Below are positions 9,447 through 18,630 of a stretch of 56,591 bases of DNA, one piece after another (within the stretch, counting starts at the first letter, position 1; every line of letters begins with the position of its first letter). The position numbers and the translations under genes are program-made. Where the stretch lies: the NCBI GenBank assembly GCA_041675825.1, contig JBAYTC010000001.1, positions 1 through 56,591 of the forward strand. The letters are read 5' to 3'. The notes below the pieces were generated by a model that saw nothing but the letters and a program-made list of their open reading frames with translations, was not told where the DNA came from and searched no databases. Source of the DNA: Bacilli bacterium (GTDB taxonomy: Bacteria > Bacillota_I > Bacilli_A > ML615J-28 > CAG-698).

Positions 9447-10802
9447 ATGGAGATTCAAAAAATCGTTCAAAGCGCAAGAGATTATTACAATAATGGTAAG
9501 ACAAGAGAAGTAGATGAGAGAATTAAACATTTAAAACTATTGAAACTTTCGATAAGCAAAAATGAAAATAAAATTCTAGAAGCGCTAAAAAGAGATTTGA
9601 ATAAATCTGATTTTGAAGGATTTATGACGGAGCTTGCCCTTCTTTATGAAGAAATAAACTATATTTGTAAACATTTAAAGAAATGGGCTAGACCAAAAAA
9701 AGTAAAAACGCCTATTACTCATTTTCCTTCTAAGAGTTATATACATAGTGAACCTTACGGAGTTGTCTTAATAATGAGTCCCTGGAATTATCCTTTCTAT
9801 TTATCTATGGCGCCTCTTATCGGGGCTATTGCATCAGGGAATACAGTCATATTAAAACCGTCAAACTATTCATCGCAAACATCTTTAATAATCAATAGAA
9901 TAATAAGTGAAGTGTTTAAAGAAGAATATGTAAGTGTCGTTCTTGGGGGAAGAGAAGAAAATCAAGAACTACTAAATCAAAAGTTTGATTATATTTTCTT
10001 TACGGGAAGTCCTAATGTTGGAAAAATAGTCATGGAAAGTGCGAGTAAAAATCTTACTCCTGTATCTCTTGAATTAGGTGGGAAGAGTCCATGTATAATT
10101 GACTCATCAGCTGACATTAATATTGCGGCTAAAAGAATTGCATGGGGTAAATTTGTCAATTCTGGACAAACCTGCGTAGCGCCTGATTATGTCGTAATTC
10201 ATGAATCAAGGAAAGAAGAGTTTATTACAAAAATCATTGATAATATTGAAAAGTTCTATAGTAAGAGTTTTGATAATGATGAATTTCCTAAGATAATTAC
10301 TAATAGACATTTTCAAAGATTAGTTGATTTAATAGCAAATGAAAAAGTGATTTATGGTGGAAACACTAAGAATAACTCTATTCATCCTACTTTAGTAGAA
10401 TCTAATTGGAAAAGCAAAATTATGGAAGAAGAAATTTTTGGGCCGATTCTCCCAATAATTACTTATAAAGATTTAGACGAAACAATCAATCAAATAAAAA
10501 TCAAGGAAAGACCTTTGGCTTTATATTTATTTACTAACGATAAAAATGTAGAAGAGAAAATTGTTAATCAAATTAACTATGGTGGTGGATGCATAAATGA
10601 TGTTATTGTTCATCTAGCAACACCTTATATGCCATTTGGCGGAGTTGGAAATAGTGGTATGGGTAATTATCATGGGAAATTTAGCTTTGATACTTTTTCG
10701 CACAAAAAAAGCATTCTAAAAAAGGCGAATTGGTTAGATATAAATCTCAGATATCCACCCTATAATAAAAGTATTAAAGTCCTGAAAAAATTCTTTAAAT
10801 AG
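9447..10802 (+). CDS. NAD(P)-dependent aldehyde dehydrogenase, family 3 type
   Basis: 451 aa. Catalytic motifs ELGGKSP and GQTCVAPDY, plus FTGS and EEIFGPILP. Confidence 0.9.
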   Translation: MEIQKIVQSARDYYNNGKTREVDERIKHLKLLKLSISKNENKILEALKRDLNKSDFEGFMTELALLYEEINYICKHLKKWARPKKVKTPITHFPSKSYIHSEPYGVVLIMSPWNYPFYLSMAPLIGAIASGNTVILKPSNYSSQTSLIINRIISEVFKEEYVSVVLGGREENQELLNQKFDYIFFTGSPNVGKIVMESASKNLTPVSLELGGKSPCIIDSSADINIAAKRIAWGKFVNSGQTCVAPDYVVIHESRKEEFITKIIDNIEKFYSKSFDNDEFPKIITNRHFQRLVDLIANEKVIYGGNTKNNSIHPTLVESNWKSKIMEEEIFGPILPIITYKDLDETINQIKIKERPLALYLFTNDKNVEEKIVNQINYGGGCINDVIVHLATPYMPFGGVGNSGMGNYHGKFSFDTFSHKKSILKKANWLDINLRYPPYNKSIKVLKKFFK

Positions 10803-10866
10803 GCAAACAACTTGATAAAAGAGTTAAATTATGCTATAATAATTATGTAAATGGAGGTATTATAAT

Positions 10867-11301
10867 ATGAAAAAATTAATCGAATTACTAAATCGTCAAG
10901 TAGCAAACTTTGGAGTTTTCTACATTAAACTTCATAACTATCATTGGTTTGTAAAAGGACCACAATTCTATCAATTACATGAATTGTTTGAAAATCTATA
11001 TGATGAGATGACTGGTCATATGGATGAAGTTGCAGAAAGAATTTTAATGCTAGAAGAAAAACCTTTGGCTACATTAAAGGAATTCTTACAAGTTGCTACA
11101 ATTAAAGAAGCATCTGGTAATGAAACAAACATGGGAATGGTTGAAGCTGTTTTAAATGACTTCAAAGTATTGGATAAAGAACTTGCAGATAGTATTAAAC
11201 TAGCTCAAGATTTAGGAGATGAAGTAACTGTTGATATGCTTCTAGGTATGCAAAGTGGATTCCAAAAACATATTTGGATGTTGAAATCAGTATTAAAATA
11301 A
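10867..11301 (+). CDS. dps: Dps-family DNA-protecting/ferroxidase protein
   Basis: 144 aa. Carries HNYHWFVKGPQFxxLHELFE and the DEVAERI ferroxidase signature. Confidence 0.92.
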   Translation: MKKLIELLNRQVANFGVFYIKLHNYHWFVKGPQFYQLHELFENLYDEMTGHMDEVAERILMLEEKPLATLKEFLQVATIKEASGNETNMGMVEAVLNDFKVLDKELADSIKLAQDLGDEVTVDMLLGMQSGFQKHIWMLKSVLK

Positions 11302-11308
11302 AAACTGT

Positions 11309-11332
11309 AAAGTGGCTTAAGCCACTTTTTTT
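11309..11332 (+). terminator. Rho-independent terminator of dps
   Basis: aaagtggc-ttaa-gccacttt followed by a T run. Confidence 0.8.
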
Positions 11333-11370
11333 ATGTTCATTGGTATTTCAAAATAATAAATGTTAATCAT

Positions 11371-11398
11371 TTGAAACATATTATTTTTATGATATAAT
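11371..11398 (+). promoter_or_regulatory. Candidate nrd promoter (TTGAAA-16 nt-TGaTATAAT)
   Basis: -35 at 11371-11376 and extended -10 at 11390-11398, about 28 nt upstream of the nrdA RBS AAGGAGGG. Confidence 0.5.
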
Positions 11399-11425
11399 GA
11401 ACATAAATTAAAGAAGGAGGGCAAG

Positions 11426-13942
11426 ATGCAAGTTGTTAAAAGAAATGGTAAAGTAGAAAAATTTGTAAGAGACAAAATTTTTATTGCACTATTAAAAGCA
11501 TTTCAAAGTTTAGGCATTATTGATGAATCAATAGTTGAAGAATTGGCGAATATCGTAACTGATAAGATTAAAGCTTTAAAGGTTAGTGAAATTTCTATTG
11601 AAGAAATACAAGATTTAGTAGAAAAAACCTTGATGGAAAATAATCATTATGAAGTAATGAAAGCATATATATTATATAGAGAGAAACAGTCTCAAAACCG
11701 TGAAAGCAGATGTAATTTCTTAAATGAAATAAATATGGAAGGATTAAAAGAAGTATTAAAGACAATACAAAATAAATATGTTGAAAAAGCATATGACCTA
11801 AGAACGTTATACAAGAAATATATTTCATTTAGAAAGCCGATGATTACTGATTTGGAAAAAATCGAGTTACTGATCAAGGCAGCTGTTGAATTAACAACAG
11901 AAGATGCTCCAAAGTGGGAGTTCATTGCTGGAGCATTACAGATGTATAGTTTTAATTTAAAACTTAAGGAAAAAGAAGTAAACTTAGAAATTAATAATTT
12001 TTATCAGAAAGTCATTTATTTAGCCAATAAAGGGTTATATGGTAAATACATTGTAGAAAATTATACAAAGGAAGAAATTATTGAAGCTTCTAAATTTATA
12101 GATTATAACAGAAATTATTTATTGACCTATAGTTCTCTAGATTTATTACTAAGAAGATATGTAATAATGGATTATGATCTTACACCGCTTGAAAATGTTC
12201 AAGAGATGTTTTTAGGAATTAGTCTTCATTTAGCATTAAAAGAAAAAGACAAACTTAAATGGGTAAAGAAGTTTTATGATATCTTAAGTAAATTAGAAGT
12301 GACTATGGCAACTCCAACCTTATCTAATGCTAGAAAACCATATCATCAATTATCAAGTTGTTTTATTGATACTGTTCCTGATAGTTTAGACGGGATATAT
12401 AGAAGCATTGATAATTTTGCTAAGGTAAGTAAACTTGGTGGAGGAATGGGCTTATATTTTGGTAAAGTTCGAAGTAATGGTTCTAGTATCCGTGGTTTTA
12501 AAGGAGCTGCAGGTGGAGTTATAAGATGGATTAAACTTGCTAATGACACTGCGGTTGCAGTTGACCAATTAGGAGTACGTCAAGGAGCTGTTGCTGTATA
12601 CTTAGATGTTTGGCACAAAGACATATTAGATTTTCTTCAATTAAAGACTAATAATGGTGATGATAGGAGAAAAGCTCATGATGTATTTCCAGCTGTGTGT
12701 TATCCGGATCTATTCTGGAGAACCCTAAGAGATGATATCAATGCAAATTGGTACCTATTTGATCCTCATGAAGTTAAATCTATTAAAGGTTATGCACTTG
12801 AAGATTCATATGGCGAAGAGTGGGAAAGTAAATATTGGGACTGTGTTAATGATGAGAGTTTATCAAAACAAGTTGTACCTATTAAAGAAATTATCAGACT
12901 TGTAATTAAATCAAGTGTTGAAACTGGAACTCCGTTTACATTTAATCGAGATCATGTTAATAGAATGAATCCTAATAAACATAAGGGAATTATATATTGT
13001 TCAAATTTATGTACCGAAATCGCGCAGAATATGAGTGAAATAGAACTTGTATCACGTGAAATAGAAACAGAAAATGGAGAAGTTGTAGTTGTGGAGGTAA
13101 CAAAACCTGGTGACTTTGTAGTATGTAATTTAGCATCTTTAGCATTAGGAAATATAAACACTAATAATGAAGAAGAGTTATCTGATATCGTTTCAACAAC
13201 TGTTAGAGCTTTAGATAATGTAATAGATCTTAACTATTATCCATTACCATATGCTCAGGTAACAAATTCAAGATATCGTCCAATAGGTTTAGGTGTTAGT
13301 GGATATCATCATATGTTAGCAAAAAATTTAATTAATTGGGAATCCGAGGAACATTTGATTTATGCAGACAAAGTTTTTGAAATAATTAATTATTCAGCTG
13401 TAAAAGCTAGCATGGAAATATCAAAAGAAAAGGGCAAGTATGAATATTTTGAAGGCTCTGATTGGCACAATGGTAAATATTTTGATATGAGAAATTATAA
13501 ATCTGAGAAATGGCAAGATTTAAAAAATGATGTTAACAAATATGGAATGAGAAATGGTTATTTATTAGCAATTGCTCCGACATCTTCAACATCAATTATT
13601 GCAACAACAACTGCTGGATTAGATCCAATTATGCAAAAATTCTTTTTGGAAGAAAAAAAGAATGGGTTGGTTCCGCGTGTTGCTCCGGATTTAAATAGTG
13701 AAAATTTTTGGTTATATAAATCAGCACATACTATTAATCATGAGTGGACTATAAAAGCATGTGGAGTAAGATCTAGACATGTTGATCAAGCACAGTCATT
13801 AAATGTATATATTACTAATGATTATTCATTTAGAAATATTCTTGATTTATACATAATGGCATGGGAAAATGAAGTTAAAACTTTATATTATATACGTAGT
13901 AAAGCGTTAGAAGTAGATGAATGTGAATCATGTTCATCGTAA
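11426..13942 (+). CDS. nrdA: Ribonucleoside-diphosphate reductase, class I alpha subunit with an N-terminal ATP-cone
   Basis: 838 aa. ATP-cone start VVKRNGKVEKF. Active-site motifs SSCFI and NLCTEI. C-terminal CESCSS redox tail. Confidence 0.9.
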   Translation: MQVVKRNGKVEKFVRDKIFIALLKAFQSLGIIDESIVEELANIVTDKIKALKVSEISIEEIQDLVEKTLMENNHYEVMKAYILYREKQSQNRESRCNFLNEINMEGLKEVLKTIQNKYVEKAYDLRTLYKKYISFRKPMITDLEKIELLIKAAVELTTEDAPKWEFIAGALQMYSFNLKLKEKEVNLEINNFYQKVIYLANKGLYGKYIVENYTKEEIIEASKFIDYNRNYLLTYSSLDLLLRRYVIMDYDLTPLENVQEMFLGISLHLALKEKDKLKWVKKFYDILSKLEVTMATPTLSNARKPYHQLSSCFIDTVPDSLDGIYRSIDNFAKVSKLGGGMGLYFGKVRSNGSSIRGFKGAAGGVIRWIKLANDTAVAVDQLGVRQGAVAVYLDVWHKDILDFLQLKTNNGDDRRKAHDVFPAVCYPDLFWRTLRDDINANWYLFDPHEVKSIKGYALEDSYGEEWESKYWDCVNDESLSKQVVPIKEIIRLVIKSSVETGTPFTFNRDHVNRMNPNKHKGIIYCSNLCTEIAQNMSEIELVSREIETENGEVVVVEVTKPGDFVVCNLASLALGNINTNNEEELSDIVSTTVRALDNVIDLNYYPLPYAQVTNSRYRPIGLGVSGYHHMLAKNLINWESEEHLIYADKVFEIINYSAVKASMEISKEKGKYEYFEGSDWHNGKYFDMRNYKSEKWQDLKNDVNKYGMRNGYLLAIAPTSSTSIIATTTAGLDPIMQKFFLEEKKNGLVPRVAPDLNSENFWLYKSAHTINHEWTIKACGVRSRHVDQAQSLNVYITNDYSFRNILDLYIMAWENEVKTLYYIRSKALEVDECESCSS

Positions 13943-13960
13943 ATATATAGGAGGAAAAAT

Positions 13961-15004
13961 ATGGATAAGTTAAAAAGAAAAGCATTATTTAATCCCGATG
14001 GTGATGTTGAGTTAAACAAGAGAAGAATGATTGGTGGAAATACTACAAACTTGAACGATTTTAATAATTTGAAATATACTTGGGTTAGTGATTGGTATAG
14101 ACAAGCAATGAATAATTTTTGGATTCCTGAAGAAATTAATTTAAATTCTGATGTTGCTGATTATCGTAAACTCACAAAAGATGAGAAGGTTGCCTATGAT
14201 AAAATTTTATCTTTTCTAATTTTCTTAGATAGTATTCAAACAGCCAACTTACCAAGTATCAATGAATATATAACTGCAAATGAAGTAAATCTATGTTTAG
14301 CTATCCATACATACCAAGAAGCAATACACTCACAAAGTTATGGATATATGCTAGATACAATATGTTCTCCTGAAGAAAGAACTAATATATTATATCAATG
14401 GAAAGACGATCCTTATTTACTAAAGCGTAATAAATTTATTGGAGACTTATACAACGAGTTTCAGGAAAAACAAGATAGTAATACATTAGTAAAAACATGT
14501 GTTGCTAATTACATTCTTGAAGGAGTATATTTCTATAGTGGATTTATGTTCTTCTATAATTTAGCTAGAAACAATAAGATGTTAGGATCAGCTCAAGAGA
14601 TACGATACATTAATCGCGATGAAAACACACATTTGTGGCTGTTTAGAAATATTTTACTAGAACTCAAAAAAGAAATACCTGAAGAGTTCACACCAGAAAA
14701 AGTTGAAATATATAGAAATATGATTAAAGAAGGCGTTGAGCAAGAAATTGAATGGGGTCATTATGCAATTGGAGATCGTATTTCTGGATTAAACAAACAA
14801 ATGATAACAGACTATATAAAATATTTAGGCAATCTTCGATGCCGTGGTTTAGGGTTTGAACCCTTGTATGAAGGATTTGAAGTTGAACCTGAATCTATGG
14901 CTTGGATTAGACAATACAGTAATGCAAATCAGATCAAAACAGATTTCTTTGAGGCAAAGAGTACAGCGTATGCTAAAAGCTCTGCACTGGTAGATGACTT
15001 ATAA
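13961..15004 (+). CDS. nrdB: Ribonucleoside-diphosphate reductase, class I beta subunit
   Basis: 347 aa. Canonical di-metal ligands are present (FLDS, EAIHSQSY, LEGVYFYSGF, RDENTHL), as is the radical Tyr context. Confidence 0.9.
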   Translation: MDKLKRKALFNPDGDVELNKRRMIGGNTTNLNDFNNLKYTWVSDWYRQAMNNFWIPEEINLNSDVADYRKLTKDEKVAYDKILSFLIFLDSIQTANLPSINEYITANEVNLCLAIHTYQEAIHSQSYGYMLDTICSPEERTNILYQWKDDPYLLKRNKFIGDLYNEFQEKQDSNTLVKTCVANYILEGVYFYSGFMFFYNLARNNKMLGSAQEIRYINRDENTHLWLFRNILLELKKEIPEEFTPEKVEIYRNMIKEGVEQEIEWGHYAIGDRISGLNKQMITDYIKYLGNLRCRGLGFEPLYEGFEVEPESMAWIRQYSNANQIKTDFFEAKSTAYAKSSALVDDL

Positions 15005-15067
15005 TAAATGTTGCAAATAATTATGAAAAGGTTTATAATATATTTGTAGAACTATTAGGAGGTCTAT

Positions 15068-16027
15068 ATGAAAAAAATTTTTAGTTTAATATTGTTTTTT
15101 TTAGTACTATTTCTTAGTGGTTGTAATACTGATAAACTAGAATTAGTTGAGATGACAGATGAACAAAAATTGTCGGTATTACAAGAAATGGATATGCCAG
15201 AATTTGAAGGCATTAAATTAAATTTAAATGTTGATATTCAAAATACTGGTGAAGATGCTGGAGAGATTTTTATTAAATTAAATTCATATACTAATCTTGC
15301 TGAAGATGCTGAATATTTAGAATATTTTGAAGCCGAGTTTGACATTGACATTGACACTATAGATATTTCTGGTAAGGCTATGTTGTTTATAAGTGCGCAA
15401 TATGCATATTTAGAAACGGATGCAAAATCAGTTACGAATTCTTCTACAATAACATATGAGGGCAAAGAAAAAATGTTTATTCCAGAAACATTAAATGTTG
15501 GAGAAGAAATTAGAGCAATGCTTGATTCATTCTCTTTGGGAGATCCAAATGAAACTCCAGATGCTGAAGAATTAGAGGAAATGGCCCCATTATTTGATGC
15601 TATGAAAGTTTATCAAGATGATACAAAAACAAAGGTTGAACTAACTCTAACAAAACAAATTTTGACTGATCTATTTGGTATGGATAATTCTCTTGAACAA
15701 CCAACTGCTAAAGATGTTTTATCTAGTGGTATGTCAATTGCGGGTTCTTTACTTTATTCTATGAATGAAAACACCTCAATTGTAATTACTTTGAATATGA
15801 ATAATAGTGTTGTTTCTGATATGTTTGTTTCAGTTAATAATTTTGCTATCGTTGATGATGAAGTTAATATAACTGGTTCGATTAGTCTAAAAGTTGAAAT
15901 GAACGGGTCAGAGCCAAAAGTTCCAACAACTGCAAGTCTTGAATCATATGAAGAAGTTCAAATTTTTACTATTTTGGAACAATTCTTTTTTGCAGGAATT
16001 GAAAAGAATCCTATTCCTATAGAGTAA
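15068..16027 (+). CDS. Very acidic lipoprotein of unknown function
   Basis: Lipobox FLSGC. Strongly Asp/Glu-rich mature part. No motif I recognise. Confidence 0.6.
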   Translation: MKKIFSLILFFLVLFLSGCNTDKLELVEMTDEQKLSVLQEMDMPEFEGIKLNLNVDIQNTGEDAGEIFIKLNSYTNLAEDAEYLEYFEAEFDIDIDTIDISGKAMLFISAQYAYLETDAKSVTNSSTITYEGKEKMFIPETLNVGEEIRAMLDSFSLGDPNETPDAEELEEMAPLFDAMKVYQDDTKTKVELTLTKQILTDLFGMDNSLEQPTAKDVLSSGMSIAGSLLYSMNENTSIVITLNMNNSVVSDMFVSVNNFAIVDDEVNITGSISLKVEMNGSEPKVPTTASLESYEEVQIFTILEQFFFAGIEKNPIPIE

Positions 16028-16032
16028 ATGAA

Positions 16033-16065
16033 AAAAGATAATTATCCTAGGATAGTTATCTTTTT
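16033..16065 (+). terminator. Rho-independent terminator
   Basis: aagataattatcc-tag-ggatagttatctt (one G-U pair) followed by TTT. Confidence 0.7.
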
Positions 16066-16152
16066 ATATAAAAACACTAGCCATTAATGATTTATTATGA
16101 TAGAATATAATATATATTTAAATTAAAATATATCTAGAATAAGGAGTCAAAT

Positions 16153-16971
16153 ATGCTTATTAATTATAACATTATATTAATGTCACTTGGTCCTATTGAA
16201 GCAACAATATTTGGTTTTGCCTTTATATTTTTATCTACAACATTAGGAGCTGGCTTAGTACTTTTTGTTAAGAAAAAACTAAGCGATAATTTTAATCGAG
16301 TATTTTTGGGTTTTGCTGCTGGAGTGATGATAGCTGCTGCTGTATGGAGCTTACTAATTCCTTCAATGGAAGATGCTTCTAATTTAGGTATTACTGCATG
16401 GTTACCAGCAACAGTTGGATTTATTATCGGTGCTTTGTTCTTACTATTAGTTGATAGACTTTTACCACATTTACACATTAATGAAGATAAACCCGAAGGT
16501 TTAAAAACTAAGTTAAATAAAACTACAATGCTTGTTTTTGCAATAGCATTGCATAATGCACCCGAAGGTTTAGCTGTTGGACTTGCATTTGGTTATGCTC
16601 TAAAAACAGGAGATCCGTTACTTTTATCTTCAGCATTAGGTCTGGCTATCGGTATTGGATTACAAAACTTTCCTGAAGGAGCTGCTGTTTCAATTCCGCT
16701 TAAAGAGTCTGGTGTAAGCACAAAAAAAGCATTTTTTCTTGGTTCACTAAGTGCGTTTGTTGAACCAGTATTTGCTGCTTTAGGTTTGTTTTTAGCAAGT
16801 CAACTTTCTTCAATTATGCCTTGGTTTTTAGGTTTTGCGGCTGGAGCAATGATTTATGTTGTAGTCGAAGAATTAATACCTGAAGCTCAGCTTGATAGTC
16901 ATAATCATTTAGGAACATTTTCATTCATAGCGGGCTTTATTTTAATGATGATCTTAGATGGTGCATTATAG
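16153..16971 (+). CDS. ZIP-family divalent metal transporter (ZupT-like)
   Basis: 272 aa with about 8 TM segments. Paired HNAPEGLAVG and QNFPEGAAVS motifs characteristic of ZIP/ZupT. RBS AAGGAG 7 nt upstream. Confidence 0.85.
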   Translation: MLINYNIILMSLGPIEATIFGFAFIFLSTTLGAGLVLFVKKKLSDNFNRVFLGFAAGVMIAAAVWSLLIPSMEDASNLGITAWLPATVGFIIGALFLLLVDRLLPHLHINEDKPEGLKTKLNKTTMLVFAIALHNAPEGLAVGLAFGYALKTGDPLLLSSALGLAIGIGLQNFPEGAAVSIPLKESGVSTKKAFFLGSLSAFVEPVFAALGLFLASQLSSIMPWFLGFAAGAMIYVVVEELIPEAQLDSHNHLGTFSFIAGFILMMILDGAL

Positions 16972-16974
16972 AAA

Positions 16975-17003
16975 AAAGCAAATCATTAACTTGATTTGCT
17001 TTT
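16975..17003 (+). terminator. Hairpin / weak terminator immediately before tRNA-Ser
   Basis: 11-bp stem (aaagcaaatca / tgatttgcttt) with a 6-nt loop and only a short U tract. It ends 5 nt before the tRNA. Confidence 0.5.
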
Positions 17004-17007
17004 AAGT

Positions 17008-17099
17008 GGAGGAGTACCCAAGTGGCTTTAAGGGGCTCGCTTGGAAAGCGAGTAGATCTTTAACCGGATGCGAGGGTTCGAATCCCTTCTCCTCCGCCA
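17008..17099 (+). tRNA. tRNA-Ser, anticodon GGA, with encoded CCA end
   Basis: Acceptor stem GGAGGAG/CTCCTCC. Anticodon stem CTCGC/GCGAG with loop TTGGAAA. Long class II variable arm. T arm GAGGGTTCGAATCCCTT. Discriminator G followed by CCA. Confidence 0.93.
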
Positions 17100-17111
17100 T
17101 ATTAGAATAAT

Positions 17112-17147
17112 AAACTTGATATACATTTATAGTTATCAAGTTTTTTT
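17112..17147 (+). terminator. Rho-independent terminator after tRNA-Ser
   Basis: aaacttgata / tatcaagttt 10-bp stem, 12-nt loop, T7 tail. Confidence 0.7.
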
Positions 17148-17502
17148 AATTATTTTATAGCATAATTTGTTATGCGGATGCATTATAATGTTTAAATAGT
17201 TGATAGAGTCTAATCAATTAGACTAGCTATATATCATTATTATATATTTCTATTATCAGTATATTTTATTATATTGGAAAAAGTGTTATAATATAATAGG
17301 TGAAACAATTTACAATGTCGTAATTATGATTTTAGATAGTATTAGTATTTTGTAGAAAAAATTAAAGTTATTATTTGTAATGACTGTATGGTAACTTTTA
17401 TCTGTTGGAAACAGTCTAATATGTAAAATATTCAAAAACATTATTAAATTGAAATTTATTAAATTAATAAAATATTTATAAACAAAATTTAAGGGGGTTA
17501 TT

Positions 17503-18039
17503 ATGGGAAGACCAAAGAATAAAAATGATTTAATATTACAAGCGCAGATAAAATTTGAAGAGATTACTTCTGTTTTAAATAATAGTAATCGCGATGTTCT
17601 CGTTAAAGATTTTCATCAGGGTTTTGAAAACAATGGTAAAGAAGCACATTGGAAAAGGGATAAGAACATAAAAGATTTATTGATTCACTTATATGAGTGG
17701 CATGAATTATTAATCAAATGGGTTAATAACAATATATCTGGAATTAAAACTAACTTTTTACCAGCACCTTATAATTGGAGTAACTATAAAGAGTTAAATA
17801 TTGAATTTTGGGAAAAGCATAAACATACTAGTTTTGATGAATCAGTAGCATTATTCAATGATGGACATCAAAGAGCCATTAGTCTTGTTAATGAGTTTAG
17901 CCAAATAGAGCTTTTTGAAAAGAGTCATTTTGATTGGGTTGGTGGGTCTTCACTAGGACAATACTTTATATCAACGCTTTCTAGTCATTATGATTGGGCA
18001 CTAAAAAAAATTAAATTACATTTAAAAAATTGCATTTAA
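17503..18039 (+). CDS. ClbS/DfsB-family (DUF1706) four-helix-bundle protein
   Basis: 178 aa. Start MGRPKNKNDLI, central WHELLIKW, and FSQIELFEK...HYDWALKKIK resemble colibactin-resistance ClbS / DfsB proteins as I recall them. RBS AAGGGGG. Confidence 0.7.
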   Translation: MGRPKNKNDLILQAQIKFEEITSVLNNSNRDVLVKDFHQGFENNGKEAHWKRDKNIKDLLIHLYEWHELLIKWVNNNISGIKTNFLPAPYNWSNYKELNIEFWEKHKHTSFDESVALFNDGHQRAISLVNEFSQIELFEKSHFDWVGGSSLGQYFISTLSSHYDWALKKIKLHLKNCI

Positions 18040-18106
18040 TAGTTATGATACAGTTTGACTTTATTATTGATTTTTTATATAATTCATATATAGAAGGGTG
18101 ATATTA

Positions 18107-18625
18107 ATGAAGAAGTTAATTATATTTATAGCGTTTCTACTAATTATACTAGGCAGTAGCAATCAAATCAATTCAGCAATAGCTCCACCTATTGTGGCTT
18201 TTGGTGATTTAGATGGAGTTATTAGAAATATTGATTATTATTCTAATATGGATTATGGTTTTGTCTACACAGAAGATGATATGGATGAATTAAACAGTAA
18301 GTATTATATCAATTACTATTTATTCAATGGTAGTAGATTTCATTTTAAAAGAAATCTTAATAACAATCTAATTATTAAGCTTCAACCTCGTAGTGATGAA
18401 GATTATATGTTTGTATATATAACAATTGAAAAGATAGGTGAAGGTAACATCACTAATGTTGAGATAAGGGATAATTATATAAACAACATTTTTGTATATA
18501 GTGAAAACAACAGATTAAATATGTCGTTTTATACAGAGAAAGATAACTTTCAAGTAGAACAAGAAGAAGTTTATGAAGTATTAAATGATGTTCTTGCTAT
18601 ATTTGGAAAGACTGTTGAGGAATAG
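18107..18625 (+). CDS. Secreted hypothetical protein
   Basis: Signal peptide MKKLIIFIAFLLIILGSSNQINSA. ATG at 18107 follows GAAGGG; the track start at 18098 is a GTG. No recognisable domain. Confidence 0.55.
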   Translation: MKKLIIFIAFLLIILGSSNQINSAIAPPIVAFGDLDGVIRNIDYYSNMDYGFVYTEDDMDELNSKYYINYYLFNGSRFHFKRNLNNNLIIKLQPRSDEDYMFVYITIEKIGEGNITNVEIRDNYINNIFVYSENNRLNMSFYTEKDNFQVEQEEVYEVLNDVLAIFGKTVEE

Positions 18626-18630
18626 CAATT

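Noticed and set aside
11341-11425. NrdR box upstream of nrdA.
   Set aside because: Only a loose TTTCAAA...TTTGAAA dyad with a 17-nt spacer is present. Nothing resembles the 16-bp NrdR palindrome (acaCwAtATaTwgtgt), and no tandem boxes are seen.
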